From the NCBI GenBank assembly GCA_019659125.1, contig JAIFVX010000003.1, positions 807 through 64,806 on the forward strand: a stretch of DNA of 64,000 bases, written 5' to 3'. The position numbers were made by a program, and so were the translations under genes. Positions 34,972 to 43,962 of the stretch are shown in pieces (positions within the stretch are counted from its first letter, which is position 1; each line of letters begins with the position of its first letter). The notes below the pieces were generated by a model. That model ran no database searches. It was not told the origin of the DNA and was given only the letters and a program-made list of their open reading frames with translations. This DNA is from Candidatus Pacearchaeota archaeon. Lineage in GTDB: Archaea > Nanobdellota > Nanobdellia > Pacearchaeales > GW2011-AR1.

Positions 34972-37900
34972 GAACGAACATTATTGTAGGCATTGAAATC
35001 ATACTTCTTATCAGCATGAGCTTTGCAATCTCGTATACTCTTCATGCTGAAGATAGCGTTGCATATGATTACAACCAATCTCCTAAAGATTTAGCATTTA
35101 AGATTATAAATCACCTATTCGGAAAGGGGATAGTTTCGGCACTCGACTCCTCTGATTTGAAGAATGGAGTCTCAACCTGTCTGCTTTCAAAGAATAATAA
35201 GGTATGCCAAGAATATCCCTCCAGTGAATGCGGGGGCAAGTGTACAACTGCATGCATTCCTTCTTCAAAATCCCAAGTTTCTGCATGCAGTGTTGGAACG
35301 TGCGTCGATCCTGTTGAAGGTATATGTCAGCCTGGATCCCCTAAATCTGCATGTGAGAATGATGGGGGACAATGGTATAATGATCCCAACGGAAATATAG
35401 CCCAATGCAAGCTTGGATGTTGCCTCCTTGGAGACCAGGCAAGTTTCATCACTTCACAACAATGTTCGCGTAAATCTGTGCTTCTTGGTGTCACGAGCAA
35501 TTTCAAGCCCGAGATAGGAAGTGAGATCGAATGCCTTGCTCTTGCAAAGACGCAAGAAGAGGGGGCATGCGTCTATGAACAAGACTTTCAAAAAAGCTGC
35601 ACGTTTACTACAAAGGCTTCATGCCTGCAGAAGACAGGAAGAGCAGATTCATTTTATCCAGGATTGCTGTGCTCAAATCCAGCATTGAACACGACATGCA
35701 AGAAACAGGCACGGACTGCATGTGTCGAGGGCAAAGATGAGATCTATTGGTTTGACAGCTGTGGAAACAGGGAGAATATCTATGATGCTAATAAGGCTCA
35801 GAGCTGGAATGAAGGTAAAGTATTAGCAAAACAAGACAGCTGTACACTTGATGCTGGAAAAAATCTTCTTGCCCATCAAAGCAGTTGCGGAAACTGCAAT
35901 TATTTCCTCGGCAGTATATGTGGTCAAAAAGCAGGAAATCAGAAATTATCTGACTCTTCACAAAATGTTGTTTGCAAAGATCTATCCTGTACTGATGCCC
36001 AAGGGAAAAAGAGAAAAAATGGGGAGAGCTGGTGCGCCTATCAGGGTTCTATCGGCGTCGATGAGAAGAACAATCGGGCCACTGATACCCCTGGCAGCAG
36101 CCATTATAGGGAAGTATGTATCGATGGAGTAATACAAACAGAAGCCTGCGCTGATGCACGAAGAGAGGTATGCATCGAATCGCAGACGCAGACAAATTAT
36201 GGAAAAATATCTTCCGCTGCATGCAGGGCTAATCTCTGGACTCAATGCTCTGAGTACAACACCGAAGTCACGGGAGAAGGAAATGCACGAATAGCATCGG
36301 AAAAGCAGAGAGATAACAAATGCTCACAAAATCCTGATTGCTTTGTCAAAAAAGTAGATATTTCTGACAATTTCAAATTCAATCTCTGTGCTCCACGGTA
36401 TCCTCCCGGATTTGATCTTTCGGCCAACTCTGATAGTGCTGAAATGGTGTGCGGGCTTGCTAGCCAGACATGCACTGCCATCTATGTAAAGAAGCTCTTT
36501 TCCGGATGGAAGTGCGAAGCGAATTGTGAATGTGAAGATGCTATCTTCACGGAAAAGATGAATGATCTTTGTATTAGTTTAGGGGATTGTGGGGCAAAAG
36601 TCAATTATAACGGACAATACAGAAAAAATTACCAGGCCTATAACGCTGAAAAAGTTCCTGACTCTTATATTGAAGGATTGAAGAAATATTCTGCAACGGT
36701 AACTGGACAATTCGCGGATGCTGGTTCATATAAGCAATTTTACACAAGCCTAGGGATTCCAAGCGATCTAGGGGCTGCAGGAAAACTTAAGGATCAAAAC
36801 GAGGCTGCACTCAAGGCTGCACTCGTAACAAGTGGCTCGGCAGGCATCCTTGTGCTTGCAGCATATCATGCAGGAATCGCATCATCATTTGGTGCTGGAG
36901 GGGCTGCAATCATCTCAAAGATTCCTATCTTGTCAAGCCTTGTCGGAAAAAGCGCAGGAGTATCGTCTGCTGTAGCAGATCCTACAGGAGAATTTGGAGT
37001 AGCTGCCAATCCCTCTATCGCCGCCTATGGAGGTGCAGTTGCGGGAGCATCTCTAGGTCTTGCTGTCACTTCCCTTTTGATTAAGTTCACAGGCATAGGT
37101 CCAGGGCTTGACCCATACGTGACCAACTCCTTACTTGTTGCAGGGGCTTATTCAGGAGCAATCATTGGAGCAAATATTGGAAGTGGGGGTACAGGGATAT
37201 TCGGTGGACTAGGTGCAAGTGGATCTGCATCACTTGCTTTTGCATGGGTCATAGGAGTCGCAATTGTCCTAGCGATCGTCATATTCAAACTCTTGGGTAT
37301 CGGGAAGACAAAAGAGGTGAAGGTTGAATTCCAGTGCCAGCCCTGGCAGGCACCTACTGGAGGAAAAGCGTGCAAGCAATGTGGAAAAGATGGATTTCCA
37401 TGTACGCCGTATGCCTGCCATTCTCTTGGACAGACATGCGAGTTCGTGAATGAGGGATCGGGACAGGAAGCATGTATTGATAATAATCCTAATGATGCTT
37501 CTCCTCCAGTCATCCATCCACTCAAGAAAGTATTAGCTGAGGGATACAGTTATCAGGACGAAAATGAGAATGGTGTGAAACTTGTGGGACCTGAAGAGTG
37601 TATCAAAGCATATACTCCTGTAACCTTTGGAGTTGGCCTTGACGAACCCGGACAGTGTAAGTATGATGTAGAACATACGCAGTCCTATGATGATATGGAA
37701 TTTTATGTAGGGGATAGAAATCTCTACATCAGGAACCACAGCATGGCATTCACACTTCCTTCGCTTGAAAGTTTGGGGCTTCCAGGGTATGAACCAAGCA
37801 GGAAAGCAAACTATAACATGTACATCAGATGCGAGGATACGAATGGAAATAAGAACGAGAAAGAATATGCGATAAACTTCTGCGTGAAGCCTGGAGAAGA

Positions 37901-38783
37901 CCTCACACCTCCATCCATTTCCCCTGGGGATTACAACGAGTATGTTGCATATAACGCCACGTCAGTTGTTGCAAGCATCTACACAAGCGAGCCAGCTGAA
38001 TGCAAATGGGATACTAATGATAAGGAGTATGATGCTATGGCCTACTCATGGGTGTGCGATAGCGGGTTTGAAAACCAGACGTTTCTTGGATGGAAGTGCT
38101 CAGCAACACTTCCTATAAACAACGATTCTACCTTCTCTGTGCGATGTAGCGATCAGCCCTGGCTGAATGCAAGTACAAAGAGAAATGAAAATCATGAGAG
38201 CTATCCACTTACCTTCAAGAAATCGAAGATTCCTCTTACTATTACCTCCCTGACTCCTGACAACTCGACTATTATCGCCGGCACTGATGCTGTCTCAGTT
38301 GAGGTAGTTGCTAAAGTATCGGGAGGTGCTGATGGGACAGCGAAATGTAGTTACAAGATCGATAATTATTATGTTGATTTCCTGGACACCTTGAAGAGTG
38401 AGAGCAGGAATGTTTTCAACCAGTTCACTCCAGGAGCAAAAGTGCTTGCCGTAAAATGTGAGGATCGGGCAGGAAATAGAGCGGAAAGAACTGCAAGATT
38501 CAGCATTGAGCTTGACAGTGCAGCTCCTGAAGTCACGCGAGTCTACGAAAAGAGCGGTTCACTGGTTGTCATTACCAATGAGCCTGCACGTTGCTCATTT
38601 GTCCATTTCCTAAACAGAACTAGGGATACCTGCAGCTTCCAGTTCCCAGAAGGGGAAGTGTTGGAGGGGAGTGATTTGATCCATACGGCGCCTCTCGAGC
38701 AATTACCCTATTATATCAAGTGCAAGGATCGATTTGAGAATATAGCGGGAGCATGCAGCATGATCGTGCAGGCAAAGGTATGA
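34968..38783 (+). CDS. Giant (1271 aa) Cys-rich membrane/surface protein, fusion of 39583-type and 41836-type proteins
   Basis: ATGA overlap start. Layout: signal anchor IILLISMSFAISY, ~550-aa Cys-rich domain, ~170-aa Gly/Ala-rich hydrophobic region, then a ~480-aa C-terminal region with 4 repeats. Confidence 0.7.
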   Translation: MRTNIIVGIEIILLISMSFAISYTLHAEDSVAYDYNQSPKDLAFKIINHLFGKGIVSALDSSDLKNGVSTCLLSKNNKVCQEYPSSECGGKCTTACIPSSKSQVSACSVGTCVDPVEGICQPGSPKSACENDGGQWYNDPNGNIAQCKLGCCLLGDQASFITSQQCSRKSVLLGVTSNFKPEIGSEIECLALAKTQEEGACVYEQDFQKSCTFTTKASCLQKTGRADSFYPGLLCSNPALNTTCKKQARTACVEGKDEIYWFDSCGNRENIYDANKAQSWNEGKVLAKQDSCTLDAGKNLLAHQSSCGNCNYFLGSICGQKAGNQKLSDSSQNVVCKDLSCTDAQGKKRKNGESWCAYQGSIGVDEKNNRATDTPGSSHYREVCIDGVIQTEACADARREVCIESQTQTNYGKISSAACRANLWTQCSEYNTEVTGEGNARIASEKQRDNKCSQNPDCFVKKVDISDNFKFNLCAPRYPPGFDLSANSDSAEMVCGLASQTCTAIYVKKLFSGWKCEANCECEDAIFTEKMNDLCISLGDCGAKVNYNGQYRKNYQAYNAEKVPDSYIEGLKKYSATVTGQFADAGSYKQFYTSLGIPSDLGAAGKLKDQNEAALKAALVTSGSAGILVLAAYHAGIASSFGAGGAAIISKIPILSSLVGKSAGVSSAVADPTGEFGVAANPSIAAYGGAVAGASLGLAVTSLLIKFTGIGPGLDPYVTNSLLVAGAYSGAIIGANIGSGGTGIFGGLGASGSASLAFAWVIGVAIVLAIVIFKLLGIGKTKEVKVEFQCQPWQAPTGGKACKQCGKDGFPCTPYACHSLGQTCEFVNEGSGQEACIDNNPNDASPPVIHPLKKVLAEGYSYQDENENGVKLVGPEECIKAYTPVTFGVGLDEPGQCKYDVEHTQSYDDMEFYVGDRNLYIRNHSMAFTLPSLESLGLPGYEPSRKANYNMYIRCEDTNGNKNEKEYAINFCVKPGEDLTPPSISPGDYNEYVAYNATSVVASIYTSEPAECKWDTNDKEYDAMAYSWVCDSGFENQTFLGWKCSATLPINNDSTFSVRCSDQPWLNASTKRNENHESYPLTFKKSKIPLTITSLTPDNSTIIAGTDAVSVEVVAKVSGGADGTAKCSYKIDNYYVDFLDTLKSESRNVFNQFTPGAKVLAVKCEDRAGNRAERTARFSIELDSAAPEVTRVYEKSGSLVVITNEPARCSFVHFLNRTRDTCSFQFPEGEVLEGSDLIHTAPLEQLPYYIKCKDRFENIAGACSMIVQAKV

Positions 38784-39586
38784 GACGCAACAATTATAAA
38801 CAAAATTATTCTTTGACTGGCATGCAATTCGGCAAAAGAGGACAGCTTGCGATTATCATTATTATAGCCATTGTCATTATCGCTGCCGTTCTTATCTTTT
38901 TTTTCTATCCACGGATAGGGCCAAGCATATCAACTACCTTCTCTCCCACTAAATATCTGGAATCATGCATCGATCCAGTATTTTCCTCGACCTTGACAAC
39001 AGTAACGAAACAGGGAGGATATCGCGATCCTCAAGGGTTTGCATTATACCAGGGGGAGAAGATAAAATATCTCTGTTACACTTCTGAATATTATACAACC
39101 TGCTCTGTACAGCAACCTATGATCAAGAATCATGTTGAGGATGAACTTGCTCAAGCATTGCGGGAAAAGGCACAAGAGTGCATGCAGGGATTAAAGAGTG
39201 AATACCAATCACGAGGATACAGTGTCTCTTCAGGCCCTGTAAGTAGTGATGTCTCAATTATCCCTGGAAAAATACAGGTTCATTTTATAGCACCTCTAAC
39301 GGTAACAAAGAATGGCGCAACGCAAAGCTTCAAGGGGTTTGATGTCGAGAAAAGCAGCCAGTTATATGATCTCTTGTTCACTGCAAGCAGCATCATCGAT
39401 TACGAATCTTTCTATGGAGATTCTGAGACTACCTTATATCTCCAGTATTATCCTGACTTGAAGATTGAGAAAACAAAACTGAGCGATGGGACAAAGATTT
39501 ATACACTCTCAAATGTTGTGACTAAAGAAACATTTACCTTTGCCTCTAGGAGCCTTTCATGGCCCCCAGGGTATGGATTAGAATGA
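38780..39586 (+). CDS. Type IV pilin-like protein (class III signal), paralog of 34222..34971
   Basis: ATGA overlap start (alternative ATG 38822, MQFGKRGQ|LAIIIIIAIVIIAAVLIFFF). Aligns with its paralog, e.g. GGYRDPQGFALYQGEKIKYLC versus GGFVEPRNTKLYKGINISYLC. Confidence 0.6.
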   Translation: MRRNNYKQNYSLTGMQFGKRGQLAIIIIIAIVIIAAVLIFFFYPRIGPSISTTFSPTKYLESCIDPVFSSTLTTVTKQGGYRDPQGFALYQGEKIKYLCYTSEYYTTCSVQQPMIKNHVEDELAQALREKAQECMQGLKSEYQSRGYSVSSGPVSSDVSIIPGKIQVHFIAPLTVTKNGATQSFKGFDVEKSSQLYDLLFTASSIIDYESFYGDSETTLYLQYYPDLKIEKTKLSDGTKIYTLSNVVTKETFTFASRSLSWPPGYGLE

Positions 39587-41112
39587 TCACAAAAACTCAC
39601 ATGATTCGCCTCGGCATCTTTATTGCAGCATTTGCAGTACTACTCGCATCAGCGTCAGCCTTGAATGCCACTGTATGCTGTGAGAAGACTACCTCTGGAG
39701 AGTTTTGCCAAAACGTCCCTAGCAGCCAATGCGCTCCAGGTTCAAGACAGGTGCAAAGCTCATGTGATTCTGTTTCCTATTGCAAGCCAGGAGTATGCTA
39801 TGATTCTAAGGAAGGGACGTGCTCGAGCAAGACTTCGCAATTAGTATGCAACGCAAACAATGGGACATGGAGTGAGCAGTCGCCTCCTCAATGTGCCTTG
39901 GGATGTTGCACACTCGGGGACCAGGCAGCGTTTGTCTCTCTTGTTCGATGCAAGAAGCTCTCAGGATTTCTTGGTCTGCAAACAAATTATAACAGCGGTA
40001 TAAAAGATGAGACACAATGTATCCTCTCTGTACAAAACCAGGATAAGGGTGCATGTGTTTATACATTTGAATTCGAAAAAACATGTAAGTTCACGACGAG
40101 GGCTGAATGCTCTTCAGGCGTGAATGGAACTGGAAAAGGAGCATTCTTTAAAGGGAAACTATGCTCGGCTGAAGAGCTCGGCACTACGTGCGGACCGACA
40201 AAGCCAGCAAAGACGACATGTATTCCGGGAAAAGATGAGGTGTACTTTGTTGACACGTGTGGAAATGCGGCAAATATCTATGATGCCAGCAAAGTAAATG
40301 ATCCAGACTACTGGACCAATATAAAAGATAAGAGCGAATCCTGTAATCCGAGCGGTGCGAATGCAAACTCCGCCGGATGCGGGAATTGCAATTACTTGCA
40401 GGGAAGTGTATGTAGACCTTCCGAAACAGGAAAAAAAGCTACTTATGGAAGCACTATGTGCGCTAACTTGAACTGCGTGAACACGCAGAACGGTAAATCA
40501 TACAAACATGGAGAGAGCTGGTGCGTGTACAATGATGAGGGAACTACGGGAGAAGGAAAAGATGCTGTAGGAAGCAGATTCTATAAGCATATTTGCATCA
40601 ACGGCGAGGAAGTTCTTGAGCAATGTGCTGACTTCAGACAGGAGGAATGTATCGAAGACAAAATACAGGTACCGCAAGGAACGTTCTCACAGGCAGCATG
40701 CAGGGTCAACCGATGGCAGGATTGTGTTGCACAAACTGATCAGCTTGATTGCCAGAATAAGGACAAGCGTGACTGCTACTGGCAACCTGATGTGAAGCTT
40801 CCTCAATATGAGGCGAATGAGACTATCACGGGAACATGCCTTCCCATAAATCCTCCAGGGTTGAAATTCTGGGAGGGTGAAGAGGCAAAGACTATCTGTG
40901 CGCAGGGCAATGCAGCATGCGTCGTGACTTTTGAGAAAGGATTGTTTGGAGGAGAGAAATGCTCGAAGAATTGCGAGTGCCTTGATGGAACATGGCAGAA
41001 AGAGAGAAGCGATCTCTGCGTAAGCTTGGGAGACTGCGGACCAAATGTAAACTGGATCGGGCAACAAGGGTACAAGCCAGGGTATAATATCTCTATAACA
41101 AAAATAAAGTAG
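39583..41112 (+). CDS. Secreted Cys-rich protein (509 aa), homolog of the N-terminal half of 34968..38783
   Basis: ATGA overlap start. Signal peptide LGIFIAAFAVLLASASALNA. About 43 Cys by my count. Collinear conserved blocks (GCC.LGDQA.F, C.GKDE.Y..D.CGN..NIYDA, CGNCNY, GESWC, LC.SLGDCG). Confidence 0.7.
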   Translation: MITKTHMIRLGIFIAAFAVLLASASALNATVCCEKTTSGEFCQNVPSSQCAPGSRQVQSSCDSVSYCKPGVCYDSKEGTCSSKTSQLVCNANNGTWSEQSPPQCALGCCTLGDQAAFVSLVRCKKLSGFLGLQTNYNSGIKDETQCILSVQNQDKGACVYTFEFEKTCKFTTRAECSSGVNGTGKGAFFKGKLCSAEELGTTCGPTKPAKTTCIPGKDEVYFVDTCGNAANIYDASKVNDPDYWTNIKDKSESCNPSGANANSAGCGNCNYLQGSVCRPSETGKKATYGSTMCANLNCVNTQNGKSYKHGESWCVYNDEGTTGEGKDAVGSRFYKHICINGEEVLEQCADFRQEECIEDKIQVPQGTFSQAACRVNRWQDCVAQTDQLDCQNKDKRDCYWQPDVKLPQYEANETITGTCLPINPPGLKFWEGEEAKTICAQGNAACVVTFEKGLFGGEKCSKNCECLDGTWQKERSDLCVSLGDCGPNVNWIGQQGYKPGYNISITKIK

Positions 41113-41179
41113 ATTTTGTACTTTCTCAATAGTGATAACAAATAGTAAGATTTAAATATTCATCATTAGTATGATTTCT

Positions 41180-41794
41180 ATGAGAAATTCAATCAAAAAG
41201 AATCTTGCAATGATTGTCCTAGGTTCTACTATGGCTGCCGGACTATCAGGATGCGGTGCTGCAATGCAGATGGCTGCTCCTTTCTCTAAGACTGTAGAAG
41301 CTGGTATGGCTCTTAATGCGGCAGGTCAGGCAGTAACTGCCTATGAAGTTGCTGAAATGAATAAAACTGAGGTCAACGTTACGGTACAGCAGCCTCAACC
41401 TAATCATCCTGTATATCATAAATATCTTGGAGCACTCGAGATCTGCAACGACCCGGTAGGAGGGACCATTGTACTTACTACCTGCAAAGAATTCAAGGAT
41501 TATGATGGTGATGGGATTATAATGTTTCCCCATGAATATAGAGGGAAAAAAGAACGTTTTTCTAAAAACGAGAATATTTCTATCGCTGTTGGTGTAGAGA
41601 ATAAGGTAAGTGGCATTCATTATATTCTTAAGGATGGGGAAAATAAAACAATTAAGGACTTCTTGATAGAACAGGACTCGTATGGAACGCATGACGACTT
41701 TAAAGAGGGAGAGCTTGAAACAGGCACCTATACTGCTGAATTTTATCTCAAAAACAGGCCTCTTGGAAAGCTCAAATTTACTGTAGAGGACTAA
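41180..41794 (+). CDS. Putative lipoprotein (lipobox LSGC)
   Basis: MRNSIKKNLAMIVLGSTMAAGLSGC. ATG 41180 fits TATA-like tttaaata at 41151-41158 (track start is 41171). Confidence 0.5.
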   Translation: MRNSIKKNLAMIVLGSTMAAGLSGCGAAMQMAAPFSKTVEAGMALNAAGQAVTAYEVAEMNKTEVNVTVQQPQPNHPVYHKYLGALEICNDPVGGTIVLTTCKEFKDYDGDGIIMFPHEYRGKKERFSKNENISIAVGVENKVSGIHYILKDGENKTIKDFLIEQDSYGTHDDFKEGELETGTYTAEFYLKNRPLGKLKFTVED

Positions 41795-41806
41795 CTCTCG
41801 AGAATA

Positions 41807-41814
41807 TTTATAAA
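41807..41814 (+). promoter_or_regulatory. TATA-like box for the 708-aa gene
   Basis: atatttataaag is centred ~25 nt upstream of ATG 41836. Confidence 0.45.
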
Positions 41815-41835
41815 GAACTCTTTTCTTCATAGGGA

Positions 41836-43962
41836 ATGCAAAAGGTGCGCAGAAAAATAGGTGTTTTTCCAGTAGTTTTCATCCAACTATTCCTTCTTGT
41901 CAGCATGAGTTTTGCTGTTGCGTTCATCATTTCAAGCGAGAGTGTCTCTGCTGTCGATCCTGGAATTACTAACGTTCCTACAAAGTCTGCCCCACTCCCT
42001 AATAGGCCGTCTATCGGAGATGATACACCTAATTTGGGACAAGCGGCGCCGGCCGCTGCAGGAACGGGTGGTGGTACCTTGACAAAGGCAACAGGAGGAA
42101 ATGCATTCAAGAATATCTATGGTGGACATCTGTTTGGCATTGGCCCTGAGAGTTCTCTTGTTGCAGGATTAGCATGGGCAGCGACTGCATATTTTGCAGT
42201 AAAACTAGTGGCAGGATTGTTTGGAGCAAGTCCAGGCCTTACCAATGCGCTTGCAACATCGGTTGGAGTTGCTGCAGGGGTTGGTGGATTCCTTCAGTCT
42301 GCATGGGCTGGACAGGCAACTACCTTAGCGAATAATCCTATTCTTAGTATTTTTGTTGAGCATCCGTGGATTACTAGCATTGGGATTGGAGTGGTTATTT
42401 TTGTATTAACGTATAGATCTGAGAAAAAACAACTTGTTAGCTTCCAATGCCTGCCTTACGAGCCCCCATTAGGAGGAAGCCAATGCGAGCAGTGCAATAA
42501 AGATCCTTTTAGACCCTGCTCTGAATATCGATGCCAATCCCTGGGGCAGGCATGCAAGCTCTTGAATCCTGGAACGACAAATGAGAAGTGCACGTGGGTA
42601 AGCAAGTTTGATGTCAACTCTCCGGTGATTGAAGTCTGGAACCTGGCACTTTCTCCTCAAGGATTAAAATTCACACCCGATGATGCAATACGTCCTCCAA
42701 ACCGTGGAGTAAAAATACAGGCATCAAACGGTGGATGCTTGCCTGCATATACTCCATTGAAGTTTGGACTGCAGACGAATGAACCTGCACAGTGCAAGAT
42801 CGATTACAACAATAACGCATCGTTCAAAGACATGCAATATTATTTTGGAGAAAGCAATTATTATGAATACAATCATACGCAGACATTACGTCTTCCAGGA
42901 CCAGATACTGGAGTGCAAGGAACGCTATCACCGATCTTACAGAATGATGGGACGTTCAACCTCTATGTTCGATGCCAGGATGCAAATGGAAATGCTAATG
43001 TTGATTTGTTTGCTATAAACTTCTGCGTTGATAAGGGTCCTGACACAACCCCTCCTTTGATTGAAGCAACTTCAATTATTTCAGGAAGTCCTGTCCGGTA
43101 CAACGCTGATAATGTGCCGATGCAAGTGTTCGTGAATGAACCTGCACAATGTAAATGGAGCAGATCGGATAAGGATTACAAGGATATGGAGAACTCAATG
43201 CAGTGCGGCACTGAAAGCTATCAGGTCAATGCAAACTTGCAATACACCTGCTCGGGAAACCTTACAGGAATCAAGAACAGAGAGAGCAATACATTCTACT
43301 TCAGATGTGAAGACCAGCCAAACAAAGCTGAGAGCCAAAGGAATCCTATGCGGCAGAGTACTGCTCTTGTACTACGAGGAAGCCAGCCATTGAACATTGT
43401 GAGCGCACAGCCTAACGGAACAATCTATGGAAGCACTGAGACAATTCCTATGACTCTTTCAGTTCAAACGGATGATGGAAGCGATGAAGGGAAAGCAACC
43501 TGCTACTTCTCATCAACAGGAGCACAAAACAGTTACACCTCAATGATTAATACCAATGACTTCAAGCATAGTCAGCCTCTTGACCTGCCTTCAGGAACAT
43601 ACACTTATTTCTTCAGATGTATTGATGCTGGAGGAAATGCTGCAGATGCTAAGATCTCATTTAGTGTTATCGCTGATAGAGAAGCACCTAGTGTAACACG
43701 AGTATATCGGGATAGCACCGATAGTATGAAAGTCATAACCAATGAAGATGCTGAATGTGCGTACTCATTAAATAGCTGCGACTTCACTCTTAAAGAAGGA
43801 ACTGCGTTGCTTTCAACGCCAAGCAATAAAGTTGCCCATTTCGGACCTTGGAAACCAGGAGTGACGTACTACATAAAATGTAAGGACTTGCTAGGAAATG
43901 AACCAAGTCCTAACGAGTGCAGTCTTATTGCGAGTGCAACGCAGATTGCGAAGCAGCTCTAG
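41836..43962 (+). CDS. Membrane/surface protein (708 aa), homolog of the C-terminal half of 34968..38783
   Basis: Signal anchor LFLLVSMSFAVAF (compare LLISMSFAISY), Gly/Ala-rich hydrophobic region, then FQCLPYEPPLGGSQCEQC... and 4 repeats collinear with the fused protein. Confidence 0.7.
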   Translation: MQKVRRKIGVFPVVFIQLFLLVSMSFAVAFIISSESVSAVDPGITNVPTKSAPLPNRPSIGDDTPNLGQAAPAAAGTGGGTLTKATGGNAFKNIYGGHLFGIGPESSLVAGLAWAATAYFAVKLVAGLFGASPGLTNALATSVGVAAGVGGFLQSAWAGQATTLANNPILSIFVEHPWITSIGIGVVIFVLTYRSEKKQLVSFQCLPYEPPLGGSQCEQCNKDPFRPCSEYRCQSLGQACKLLNPGTTNEKCTWVSKFDVNSPVIEVWNLALSPQGLKFTPDDAIRPPNRGVKIQASNGGCLPAYTPLKFGLQTNEPAQCKIDYNNNASFKDMQYYFGESNYYEYNHTQTLRLPGPDTGVQGTLSPILQNDGTFNLYVRCQDANGNANVDLFAINFCVDKGPDTTPPLIEATSIISGSPVRYNADNVPMQVFVNEPAQCKWSRSDKDYKDMENSMQCGTESYQVNANLQYTCSGNLTGIKNRESNTFYFRCEDQPNKAESQRNPMRQSTALVLRGSQPLNIVSAQPNGTIYGSTETIPMTLSVQTDDGSDEGKATCYFSSTGAQNSYTSMINTNDFKHSQPLDLPSGTYTYFFRCIDAGGNAADAKISFSVIADREAPSVTRVYRDSTDSMKVITNEDAECAYSLNSCDFTLKEGTALLSTPSNKVAHFGPWKPGVTYYIKCKDLLGNEPSPNECSLIASATQIAKQL

